DNA of 64,000 bases from Betaproteobacteria bacterium (GTDB lineage: Bacteria > Pseudomonadota > Gammaproteobacteria > Burkholderiales > SG8-41). A model generated the notes under the pieces. It was not told the DNA's origin and searched no databases. It worked only from the letters and a program-made list of their open reading frames with translations. Positions 29,547-38,269 of this stretch are shown in pieces. A program made the position numbers and the translations under genes. Location of the stretch: NCBI GenBank assembly GCA_947486575.1, contig CANKUB010000011.1:4030-68029 (forward strand), in the 5' to 3' direction. The first letter of the stretch is position 1. Each line of letters opens with the position of its first letter.

Positions 29547-30368
29547 TTAACGCAGCAGCGCCAACACTTGCTGTGGCAACTGGTTGGCTTGCGTCAGCAT
29601 GGCCATGCCGGCTTGTTGCAGAATCTGTCCGCGTGACAGGCTCGCCGTTTCCGTCGCAAAGTCTGCGTCGGTGATACGTCCGCGCGCCGCGGTTTGATTT
29701 TCAACCGACACCTGCAGGTTGGCAATCACCGAATCAAAGCGGTTTTGATCCGCACCATAGTTACCACGCTCTTGCGCAATGGCGATCAAGGCCGCGTCGA
29801 TGTTGTCCATCGCCGTGGTGGAGTTCGCCACAGCGGTGATGTCGCCGGCAGTGACGGCCGTCACGTTAGCATCACTGGACATATCAATGGTGGTGATGTC
29901 GATGGTGTCAGTCGAATTCGCGCCCACCTGAAAGGTCAGCGTACCCGCATCACTGCCGAGAATATTCTGGCCGTTGAATTTTGTATCGGTCAGTATGCGG
30001 GTAATTTCCGCACCCAATTGTTGATATTCCGCGTCCAGATTCAAGCGGTCGTCAGAGCTGTTAGTGACGTTGGCCGATTGCACCGCGAGTTCGCGCATGC
30101 GTTGCAGCGAATCCGTTACTTTGGCGAGCGAGCCTTCCGCCACGGCGGCGAGAGAAATCGCATCGTTTGAGTTGCGGATGCCGACGCTCATGCCGCGAAT
30201 CTGCGAAGTCATGCGATCGGAGATCGCCATGCCCGCAGCGTCATCCTTGGCGCTGTTGACACGCAAGCCCGAAGACAAACGTTGCATGGATGTACTGAGC
30301 GCCATCTGGGTAGCGCCGATATTGCGTTGGGCATTGAGTGAAGATATGTTGGTGTTGACTGAAAGCAT
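29547..30368 (-). CDS. fliC: Flagellin (short, 273 aa)
   Basis: MLSVNTNISSLNAQRNIGATQMALSTSMQRLSSGLRVNSAKDDAAGMAISDRMTSQIRG ... SLSRGQILQQAGMAMLTQANQLPQQVLALLR. Confidence 0.95.
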   Translation of the reverse strand: MLSVNTNISSLNAQRNIGATQMALSTSMQRLSSGLRVNSAKDDAAGMAISDRMTSQIRGMSVGIRNSNDAISLAAVAEGSLAKVTDSLQRMRELAVQSANVTNSSDDRLNLDAEYQQLGAEITRILTDTKFNGQNILGSDAGTLTFQVGANSTDTIDITTIDMSSDANVTAVTAGDITAVANSTTAMDNIDAALIAIAQERGNYGADQNRFDSVIANLQVSVENQTAARGRITDADFATETASLSRGQILQQAGMAMLTQANQLPQQVLALLR

Positions 30369-30459
30369 TTTGAATCTCCTGTTGTATGACTATCGATTGA
30401 AAACCCAGTTTTTTCCCGGAACTGATTTCCGGGACGGTGCGTAAACCACCGATAGCTGC

Positions 30460-30487
30460 TTAACGGACTGCGTTGCGGAAAACTTTA
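30460..30487 (-). promoter_or_regulatory. Sigma-28 (FliA) promoter of fliC
   Basis: The minus strand reads TAAAGTTT-N12-TCCGTTAA (consensus TAAAGTTT-N11/12-GCCGATAA), about 90 nt upstream of the fliC ATG. Confidence 0.6.
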
Positions 30488-30880
30488 ATCATCACGAAAA
30501 CTTTTCAAAGTGCCTCCATGAATAAATCAAGTAATGCATGGCAGTGTATCGGCACAATTTGCGCCGCAAGCAGGGAGCATCGCGGAAATTCCATCGCACT
30601 CTGCCCGCTTAAGGCGTGAGGTTGCCTGCGTCCGTATCGTGATTGTCAGTGGTATGTGAATTCGGAATTACGCTAGGCAATTGTTTTTATTCAATAAAGT
30701 GTTTTCATAGTGAAAAGCCCTACAAAGCGTGCGGGCGCCGCCCTACGTGTTTCGTGGTGCTAATCGGATTCAAGTTATCCGTTGACGCGACGATCATGGC
30801 CCCACGTTGAACGGCCCGACTTGGGCGGCATGAATGACACAACCGACCTGCACAATTTGCGCAATTTGAAAGGGGATCAC

Positions 30881-31195
30881 ATGAACACGGACAATCTGCT
30901 GGATGAAATTCGCGAGACGAATCTGGCGTATCTGATGCTGGCGCAGCACATGATTCGCAAGGATCGGACGCAGGCACTGTACCGCCTGGGCATCAATAGC
31001 GAAGTGGCCGATATCATTAATGGCCTGACCCCCGGGCAATTGCTCAAGGTGGCGGCGGCAAACCTGATGATGTGCCGCTTTCGCTTTGACGACAAAATGG
31101 TGTGGGAATTGATTACCAGCCACGGCAGCGATGTGCAGGCCAAGCGCACGCACGCGGGCATATTGATGTCGGGCAACCTGGCAGAGGTGATCTAA
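30881..31195 (+). CDS. flhD: Flagellar master regulator subunit FlhD
   Basis: 104 aa from the ATG at 30881 (GGGGA 6 nt upstream): MNTDNLLDEIRETNLAYLMLAQHMIRKDRTQALYRLGINSEVADII. It follows a 512-bp AT-rich divergent control region. Confidence 0.92.
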   Translation: MNTDNLLDEIRETNLAYLMLAQHMIRKDRTQALYRLGINSEVADIINGLTPGQLLKVAAANLMMCRFRFDDKMVWELITSHGSDVQAKRTHAGILMSGNLAEVI

Positions 31196-31747
31196 ATGAT
31201 GCGCTCAAAGAGTATTGAAGGTGAAGGCCGTGAAATCGAACGCGCTGCAGCGCTGGTAAAACTGGGCGCCCGGCTGCAACTGCTGGAGTGTGAAACCAAA
31301 CTCTCGCGCGAACGACTGCTGCGCCTGTATAAAGAGGTGCACAAGAAATCGCCACCCAAAGGCATGCTGCCATTTTCAACCGACTGGTTCATGAGCTGGC
31401 AGCCCAACACACACGCCTCGATGTTTTTGAATATCTATGAATATCTGACCAAGGCGTCTGATGTCGACGAGGTGGATGCGCTGGTAAAAAGCTACCAGTT
31501 GTATCAGGAGCAACTCAAGGTGCTGGATTTGCCCGAAGTGCTGTCGGTTACGCGGGCGTGGCGGCTGATTAAATTCGTCGACTCCGGCATGCTCACGCTC
31601 AAACCGTGTACCCATTGCGCCGGGATGTTTGTCGTACATACGCTGGATTTGCATGAGCACTTTGTCTGCGGCTTGTGTCACATGCCGGCGCGCGCGGGCA
31701 AGAGCGCGCACGCGTTGGCGAGTGAGCGTTCCGAGAGACTTAACTGA
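31196..31747 (+). CDS. flhC: Flagellar master regulator subunit FlhC
   Basis: 183 aa with GARLQLLECETKLSRERLLRLYKEV...PPKGMLPFSTDWFMSWQPNTHASMF and the Zn-Cys cluster CTHCAGMF...CGLC. Confidence 0.93.
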   Translation: MMRSKSIEGEGREIERAAALVKLGARLQLLECETKLSRERLLRLYKEVHKKSPPKGMLPFSTDWFMSWQPNTHASMFLNIYEYLTKASDVDEVDALVKSYQLYQEQLKVLDLPEVLSVTRAWRLIKFVDSGMLTLKPCTHCAGMFVVHTLDLHEHFVCGLCHMPARAGKSAHALASERSERLN

Positions 31748-31821
31748 GTGGTTGAATGGCGATTTAAAACCGAACGACATCACCGCAAAGGCGCAAAGCA
31801 CAGCAGCAACCCTTAGCCCAC

Positions 31822-31848
31822 TCAAGAATCCGCCCTGCCTGCCGTAAA
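31822..31848 (+). promoter_or_regulatory. Putative FliA-type promoter of motAB
   Basis: TCAAGAAT-N11-GCCGTAAA, 54 nt before the motA ATG. Confidence 0.5.
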
Positions 31849-31901
31849 TAAGGCATTCCCGCAATTCATAGCGGAAAACGGCGATTTGGAAAGGACAACC
31901 C

Positions 31902-32762
31902 ATGCTAGTAATCGTGGGCTATCTGGTGGTGTGTGGTTCGGTATTCGGTGGCTACGCGCTGGGCGGCGGCCATTTGGGTGCGCTGTTTCAACCGCTTGAA
32001 CTGTTGATGATCGGCGGTGCCGGGGCCGGCGCTTTTGTCGTGGGCAATTCGCCCAAAGTGCTTAAGGCAACGCTGGTTGCGTTGCCTTCCGTGCTGAAAG
32101 GCTCCAAGTACACCAAGGCGCGCTACATGGAGCTGTTGGGCATGATGTTCGCCATCCTCACCAAAATTCGCAAGGAAGGGTTGGTGTCGGTCGAGAAAGA
32201 CGTGGATAAACCGGAAGAAAGCGCGCTGTTTACGCAATATCCCGCCTTGCTCGCGGACCATCACTTGATCGAATTTATTACCGACTACCTGCGCTTGATG
32301 GTCAGCGGCAATCTGAATTCACACGAAATATCCGATTTGATGGATGGCGAGATGGATGCGCACCACCATGAAGGCGGGATACCGGCTTCGGTGGTTGCCA
32401 AAACAGCCGATGGTTTGCCGGCGTTTGGCATTGTGGCGGCAGTAATGGGCGTGGTGCATACCATGGGTTCCGTTGGGCGCCCGCCTTCTGAGTTGGGTGA
32501 AATGATTGCCCATGCGCTGGTGGGAACATTCCTCGGCATTCTGCTGGCGTATGGCTTTGTCGGCCCGCTGGCGAGCTTGCTGGAACAAAAATTGGATGAG
32601 GCCAGCAAGGAGTTTGAATGCGTCAAGGTCACGCTGCTGGCATCACTCAATGGTTATGCTCCTTCGCTGGCGGTGGAGTTTGGCCGCAAGGTGCTGCTGT
32701 CCACCGAACGTCCGGGCTTTTCCGAACTGGAAGAACAGCTACGTCAGGCCAAGGCAAAATAA
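31902..32762 (+). CDS. motA: Flagellar stator protein MotA
   Basis: 286 aa with four TM segments and typical MotA sequence (MLVIVGYLVVCGSVFGGYALGGGHLGALFQPLELLMIGG). Confidence 0.93.
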   Translation: MLVIVGYLVVCGSVFGGYALGGGHLGALFQPLELLMIGGAGAGAFVVGNSPKVLKATLVALPSVLKGSKYTKARYMELLGMMFAILTKIRKEGLVSVEKDVDKPEESALFTQYPALLADHHLIEFITDYLRLMVSGNLNSHEISDLMDGEMDAHHHEGGIPASVVAKTADGLPAFGIVAAVMGVVHTMGSVGRPPSELGEMIAHALVGTFLGILLAYGFVGPLASLLEQKLDEASKEFECVKVTLLASLNGYAPSLAVEFGRKVLLSTERPGFSELEEQLRQAKAK

Positions 32763-32774
32763 GGGGCGCGCATC

Positions 32775-33704
32775 ATGGCTGCGGCTAAAGGCAAGGGCGA
32801 GAAACAGCCCATCATTATCAAGAAGATCAAGAAAGGCGGCCACGGCGGCCATCACGGCGGCGCCTGGAAAATCGCCTACGCTGACTTCGTGACGGCCATG
32901 ATGGCGTTCTTTTTGCTGATGTGGTTGCTGGGCTCCACCACCAAGGGCGATCTTCAGGGCATTTCCGACTACTTTCAAACGCCGCTGAAAGTGGCGATGG
33001 CCGGCGGGTCAGGCTCTGGCGACGCCAACTCCATTCTCAAGGGCGGCGGCACCGACATTACACGCGTCACCGGCCAGGTGCGTAACGGCTCCGAGCCGGA
33101 AAAGCGCAATCTGATGAAGGCCGCCAAGGCGGAAATCGAGCGCAGCGAGCGTGTGCAACTCGAAAAACTCAAGACCAAAGTCGAAGCCTTGCTCACAGGC
33201 AATCCCAATCTGGAGGCGTTCAAGTCGCAGATTCGCCTGGACATTACCAACGAAGGCCTGCGCATACAGATTGTTGATGCGCAGAATCGGCCGATGTTTG
33301 ATTCCGGCAGTTCGCATGTCAAAGATTACACCCGCGAGTTGTTGCACGCGATTGGGCGTGTGCTGGCCGAAGGCGATAGCAAACTATCCCTGGCAGGCCA
33401 TACCGACGCCCAACCGTTTGTGGGTGGCGAAAAGGGTTACAGCAACTGGGAATTGTCTTCCGAGCGCGCCAACGCCTCGCGCCGTGAATTAATGGCCGCC
33501 GGTGTGGACGAAGGAAAAATCGTGCGCGTTGTCGGTCTCGCATCGTCAGTGCAGTTGGTGAAAGAGAATCCCAACGACCCGGCTAACCGCCGCATCAGCA
33601 TCGTGGTGCTCAATCGCAAAACCGAACGCGCGCTAACGCGGGATGGCAATACGCTGGATGTGAGTGATGCTGCCGAGGTCGAGGCCGCCGTATCACGACG
33701 CTGA
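32775..33704 (+). CDS. motB: Flagellar stator protein MotB
   Basis: 309 aa with AWKIAYADFVTAMMAFFLLMWL (conserved Asp) and an OmpA-like C-terminus (GHTDAQPF...NRRISIVV). Confidence 0.93.
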   Translation: MAAAKGKGEKQPIIIKKIKKGGHGGHHGGAWKIAYADFVTAMMAFFLLMWLLGSTTKGDLQGISDYFQTPLKVAMAGGSGSGDANSILKGGGTDITRVTGQVRNGSEPEKRNLMKAAKAEIERSERVQLEKLKTKVEALLTGNPNLEAFKSQIRLDITNEGLRIQIVDAQNRPMFDSGSSHVKDYTRELLHAIGRVLAEGDSKLSLAGHTDAQPFVGGEKGYSNWELSSERANASRRELMAAGVDEGKIVRVVGLASSVQLVKENPNDPANRRISIVVLNRKTERALTRDGNTLDVSDAAEVEAAVSRR

Positions 33705-33740
33705 AAACCGATGGCAGAAACGAAAGCAACAGGAGACAGT

Positions 33741-33971
33741 ATGAACGCAAATCCAACGCTTGCCATGGCGCAATCCGGCCTTGAGCATCAGGTCAGGCTG
33801 GCGGCTCACGCCCGTACGCTGGCGCAATGCTGGCGCGGTGTTGATTGTGCCGATGACGGCAGTGATGATGATCTGATTGCGCAGACACACATATTTCTGG
33901 ATGACGTGATACTGCATGCAGAAAGCACTGCGGATTGTTTTGCGAAAATCTTGCGGGCGCAAGACAAATAA
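33741..33971 (+). CDS. Hypothetical 76-aa acidic protein downstream of motB (weak call)
   Basis: The ATG is preceded by AGGAG at a 5-nt spacing. I see no recognisable family. Third-position GC is only about 54 percent by my count, lower than in neighbouring genes. Confidence 0.35.
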   Translation: MNANPTLAMAQSGLEHQVRLAAHARTLAQCWRGVDCADDGSDDDLIAQTHIFLDDVILHAESTADCFAKILRAQDK

Positions 33972-33979
33972 TTGTTTAA

Positions 33980-33994
33980 AAACAAATAGTTACG
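33980..33994 (+). repeat. Copy A of the exact 15-mer AAACAAATAGTTACG
   Basis: It sits in the AT-rich spacer between convergent motB and the methyltransferase gene, 9 nt after the small ORF stop. Confidence 0.9.
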
Positions 33995-34023
33995 ATAATA
34001 TCTCTTATGGCACACAACCAACA

Positions 34024-34037
34024 CTAAAAATTTTTAG
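34024..34037. repeat. Perfect 14-bp palindrome CTAAAAATTTTTAG
   Basis: Read directly from the sequence; it lies 30 nt downstream of 15-mer copy A. Confidence 0.8.
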
Positions 34038-34151
34038 CCAACGATTTACACAAATGAACACAGATTACCTTCAACACCGCAGTCGGGTTTTAATCGGTGA
34101 AAATCTGCGTAAATCTGTGGCAAATGAATTGTGCTTGGGGCGGCATGACGC

Positions 34152-34913
34152 CTACCGTAATCGAAATGGCATCTGATACAGCCACACCTGCCGCCCATCA
34201 ACGCAATTCAGCACCCGCTGCGGTTTGAGCGTAGTTACTTCAAACTCAAGACTCGCCATCCACGCGCCATGCCGCAATTCGCGTGCCGCTTTTTCCGCAG
34301 CACGCGGCATGCTCTCCGGGCGCTGGAATAGATAAACCATATCGCAGGCGGACCAGTCAGCGGCCCAAATGTCCGCACGCCGGACGCGCGCAAATCGGCA
34401 TCGCCACGCGCAGGCGATGCGCAGCGGCCAGCTCCACTCCAGTCCCTCAATGCGGGCTGTTGGATATTCGCGATGCAGTTCGCGCAAGCCGTCGCCTAAA
34501 CCGCAGCCTGCATCGACAACCAGTGATTGTGCTGGCAACGGCGCCAACGCCGCCAAGCCGCGCAATGCACTCACAGGCGTAGGGAACAACGGCGCATCGC
34601 GCCACGTGTTGATCGGGTAAAGCAGCGCCAGCAGCGCCAGCGGCAAAAGCCACGCCACACCAGGTACGTTTGCCATGCCGCTCATCAGTAACGACAGCGG
34701 AAAGCCGGCCGCCATGAACACGCGCCGCCACGGCGTGCTGCCCCATAGGCTCATCACTGCGCCTGACGCACAGGCGATTAACAGTGTGAGCCAACCCACC
34801 ACGGCAAGCGACGACAGTGCCGTGAACACGAGCCATGCCGCACCCCACACCAGCAATGCGGGTAGCGGCCACTTCAGCGAGATGGATCGATTGCGCGTTG
34901 CGGTTGCCAACAT
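34152..34913 (-). CDS. Membrane-anchored class I SAM-dependent methyltransferase
   Basis: N-terminal TM helices (WPLPALLVWGAAWLVFTAL, VVGWLTLLIACASGAV...) followed by VVDAGCGLGDGLRELHREYP (SAM motif I). It is divergent from flhB. An internal ATG at 34913 is preferred over the ORF start at 35054, which would overlap flhB. Confidence 0.7.
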   Translation of the reverse strand: MLATATRNRSISLKWPLPALLVWGAAWLVFTALSSLAVVGWLTLLIACASGAVMSLWGSTPWRRVFMAAGFPLSLLMSGMANVPGVAWLLPLALLALLYPINTWRDAPLFPTPVSALRGLAALAPLPAQSLVVDAGCGLGDGLRELHREYPTARIEGLEWSWPLRIACAWRCRFARVRRADIWAADWSACDMVYLFQRPESMPRAAEKAARELRHGAWMASLEFEVTTLKPQRVLNCVDGRQVWLYQMPFRLR

Positions 34914-35039
34914 GATGTGCGGGACTTTGAACCAGTCGTCCTGCGCGTAATCACGGAACACCGCCCGAAAAAGCGGTTTCCTCCGGGGCTTGCGGCCCTC
35001 AAGTGCCATCAATAATGGCAGCTCTACGAGAGAGTGTGC

Positions 35040-36203
35040 ATGGCCAACGAACAAGATCAGGAACGCAATTTACCCGCAACCGCCAAGCGGCTGGAAGAAG
35101 TCCGCGAGGAAGGCCGCACCGCGCGCTCAACCGAGCTGGCCGGTGCTGCGGTGCTGGCGGTGCTGGCGGGTGCTACATGGATGGCCGGCCCGGCGTGGAT
35201 AGCACAGTGGCGGCTGTTTGTACGCACGGGCTTGCGCATTGAGCGCGCTGATGTACTGGATGGCGCCTCGCCTACCTTGCGGCTGGCCGAAATGGCGTGG
35301 CAGGCGGCAGGCGTATTCCTGCCCGTTGCGGGCATTGCAGCGATTGCCGCACTGGCCGGTACGCTGGCGGTAGGCGGTTGGCTATTCAGCCCCGGCGCAC
35401 TGTCATTTAAATTTGAGCGCATGAGTCCGCTCGCCACCTTCGAGCGCGTGTTTTCACTGCAAGGATTGGGCGAACTAGGCAAAACCCTGTTCAAGGTGCT
35501 GGTGCTGGGTGTGGCCGGTGCGTGTTCGGCGTGGTATTTCAAAGACGCGGCAGCGGGATTGGTACTCACGGCATTACCCGATGCCCTGCGCGGTACCGGC
35601 CATATTCTATTGGGCGCACTTTGCACGCTGGTGGCTGCAATGGTTTTGATCGCGGCCCTTGATGTGCCGTTCCAGTTGTGGCGTTTTCATTCGGGCCTGC
35701 GCATGAGTGCGGAGGAAGTGCGTCGCGAACAACGCGAGTCCGATGGTGACCCCCAAGTCAAGGGGCGTATCCGCGCCCAGCAACGCGAGATGGCACGTCG
35801 CCGCATGATGTCGGACGTGCCCAAGGCCGATGTCATCGTCACCAATCCTACGCACTACGCCGTCGCGCTTCAGTATCTCGAAGGCAAAATGGGTGCGCCA
35901 CGCGTACTCGCCAAAGGCGCTGATGACGTGGCACAGGCCATACGGGTGTTGGGCCTGCAACACGGCATACCGCTGCTGGAGGCGCCGCCGCTGGCACGCG
36001 CCCTGTATACGCATGGCGAAATTGGCGCCGAGATTCCGGCTGAACTGTACGGTGTGGTGGCACAAGTACTGGCCTGGGTATTCCAGTTGCGGCGTCATAT
36101 GCAGGGCGAAGCCGGATTCAGTGAACGACCCGAAGCGCCGCGCGTGCTGGATGTGCCTGCAGGTCTTGATCCGGCAACACCATTGGCAGGAGCCACCTCA
36201 TGA
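35040..36203 (+). CDS. flhB: Flagellar export switch protein FlhB
   Basis: MANEQDQERNLPATAKRLEEVREEGRTARSTEL, four TM segments, and the autocleavage site VTNPTHYAVALQY. Confidence 0.95.
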   Translation: MANEQDQERNLPATAKRLEEVREEGRTARSTELAGAAVLAVLAGATWMAGPAWIAQWRLFVRTGLRIERADVLDGASPTLRLAEMAWQAAGVFLPVAGIAAIAALAGTLAVGGWLFSPGALSFKFERMSPLATFERVFSLQGLGELGKTLFKVLVLGVAGACSAWYFKDAAAGLVLTALPDALRGTGHILLGALCTLVAAMVLIAALDVPFQLWRFHSGLRMSAEEVRREQRESDGDPQVKGRIRAQQREMARRRMMSDVPKADVIVTNPTHYAVALQYLEGKMGAPRVLAKGADDVAQAIRVLGLQHGIPLLEAPPLARALYTHGEIGAEIPAELYGVVAQVLAWVFQLRRHMQGEAGFSERPEAPRVLDVPAGLDPATPLAGATS

Positions 36204-38269
36204 ACACGCTCGTTGACCGCCTCGGATTGAGCATGCCACGGCTTAAGCCGCTGACCGTGCCGCTGGTCATCATTCTCATTCTGGCGATGATGATATTGCC
36301 GCTGCCAACGTTGCTGCTCGACGTGTTGTTCACCTTCAACATTGCCGTGGCGATGCTGGTGTTGCTGGTCACTGTATACACCGTAAAACCGCTGGATTTT
36401 GCCGCATTTCCCTCGATATTGTTGTTGACTACCTTGATGCGCCTGTCGCTCAACGTCGCGTCAACGCGCGTGGTGTTGATGAATGGCCACACCGGGCCGG
36501 AGGCAGCAGGAAAGGTGATTGAATCCTTCGGGCATTTTGTGGTGGGCGGCAATTTTGCTGTGGGCCTGGTGGTGTTTATTGTGTTGGTGGTGATCAACTT
36601 TGTGGTGATCACCAAGGGCGCCGGACGAATCGCGGAAGTCAGCGCGCGCTTCACGCTGGATGCCATGCCCGGCAAGCAAATGGCGATTGATGCGGACCTC
36701 AACGCGGGTTTGATTGGCGAGGCTGATGCGCGCCGCCGCCGTACTGAGGTAACGGAGGAAGCACAATTTTTCGGCTCCATGGATGGCGCCTCAAAGTTTG
36801 TGCGGGGTGATGCTATCGCGGGCATTCTGATTCTGGTGGTCAACATAATCGGCGGCCTGGCCATCGGCATCATTGCGCATGATCTGCCGCTGGCGGTGGC
36901 GGCACGTAACTACGTGTTGCTGGCGATAGGCGATGGCCTGGTCGCGCAAATTCCTGCACTGGTGATTTCAACTGCAGCGGCATTGATCGTCACCCGCGTG
37001 GGTAAGGAAGAAGACGTCGGCGCGCAACTAACGAATCAATTGTTTTCCACACCCAATGCACTGACCATCACGGCCGGCATTCTGTTGATGCTGGGCATGG
37101 TACCGGGCATGCCCCACACACCGTTTCTGCTATTGGGCGGAGGTTGTGCCGTACTGGGTTGGCATTTACGTAAGAAAGCCGCTCTCGTTAAAGAATCCAC
37201 GGCAGCAGAGCCGCCACCTGCGCCGGAAAATCAGGAAGCGAGCTGGGACGACATCGTGCCGGTGGACATGCTCGCGCTTGAAGTGGGATACCGGCTGATT
37301 CCGCTGGTCGACACACGACAGGATGGCGATTTGCTGCGGCGCATTCGTGCGATACGCAAACGGTTTGCGCAGGATGCTGGCTTCCTGCCAGCGCTGGTTC
37401 ACATCCGCGACAACCTCGAATTGAAGCCCAACGGTTATCGCATCTTGCTGAAGGGCGTAGTGGTGGGCGAAGGCGAATCGGTGCATGGCATGTTCCTCGC
37501 CATTGATCCGGGCCAGGCCAGCGTGGCGCTGGTCGGCACCAAGACCCACGATCCGGCATTTGGCTTGCCTGCGGTATGGATAGAGTCAGCCATGCGCGAG
37601 CAGGCGCAGATCGGTGGGCATACCGTAGTGGATGCCAGCACCGTGGTAGCTACGCATATCAATCAGCTTATGCAAAACCATTCGGCTGCGTTGCTCGGGC
37701 GGCAGGAAGTGCAAAGCCTGCTGGAACATTTCGGCAAAAACGGCGGCAAATTGATTGAAGACCTGGTGCCCAAGCTGCTGCCGGTTGCGACGCTGCAAAA
37801 GGTGCTGCAAAACCTGCTTGAAGAAGGCGTGGGTATCCGTGATCTGCGCACCATACTTGAAACGCTGGCTGAACACGCCGCGCGTACGCAGGACGCTATC
37901 GAGCTGACGGCCCGTGTGCGCGTGGCACTTGGCGCAGCAATTACGCAACAGCAATTTGGTCATGCCAATGAATTACCGGTGATGGTGTTCGATCCGGAAC
38001 TGGAAAAGTTGCTGGCGCAGGCCGCCAGCGGTGGCGTATTTGCGCTGGAACCGGGTCTCGCCGATACCCTGTCGCGCGAAGTCCAGCAAGCCGTGCGCGC
38101 GCAGGAATTGCGCGGCGAGCCAACCGTATTACTCGCGCCCGACGGTCTGCGTCAGGCGCTGGCGCGCCTGCTGCGTCGCGGCCTGCCGCAATTGCGAATT
38201 CTTGCCCACAGTGAAATCCCCGATAACCGCGCGATACGCGTAACTACCCTTGTTGGAGCACCCTCATGA
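36200..38269 (+). CDS. flhA: Flagellar export gate protein FlhA
   Basis: 689 aa with conserved FHIPEP region (ARFTLDAMPGKQMAIDADLNAGLI...FFGSMDGASKFVRGDAIAGI). Confidence 0.96.
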   Translation: MNTLVDRLGLSMPRLKPLTVPLVIILILAMMILPLPTLLLDVLFTFNIAVAMLVLLVTVYTVKPLDFAAFPSILLLTTLMRLSLNVASTRVVLMNGHTGPEAAGKVIESFGHFVVGGNFAVGLVVFIVLVVINFVVITKGAGRIAEVSARFTLDAMPGKQMAIDADLNAGLIGEADARRRRTEVTEEAQFFGSMDGASKFVRGDAIAGILILVVNIIGGLAIGIIAHDLPLAVAARNYVLLAIGDGLVAQIPALVISTAAALIVTRVGKEEDVGAQLTNQLFSTPNALTITAGILLMLGMVPGMPHTPFLLLGGGCAVLGWHLRKKAALVKESTAAEPPPAPENQEASWDDIVPVDMLALEVGYRLIPLVDTRQDGDLLRRIRAIRKRFAQDAGFLPALVHIRDNLELKPNGYRILLKGVVVGEGESVHGMFLAIDPGQASVALVGTKTHDPAFGLPAVWIESAMREQAQIGGHTVVDASTVVATHINQLMQNHSAALLGRQEVQSLLEHFGKNGGKLIEDLVPKLLPVATLQKVLQNLLEEGVGIRDLRTILETLAEHAARTQDAIELTARVRVALGAAITQQQFGHANELPVMVFDPELEKLLAQAASGGVFALEPGLADTLSREVQQAVRAQELRGEPTVLLAPDGLRQALARLLRRGLPQLRILAHSEIPDNRAIRVTTLVGAPS

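Noticed and set aside
33973-34000. 15-mer copy A interpreted as part of a sigma-70 promoter (TTGTTT-N16-GATAAT)
   Set aside because: The other two copies of the 15-mer have no -10 element at the same position, so promoter function cannot explain the repeat family. It is kept only as a local possibility under the orphan-region finding.
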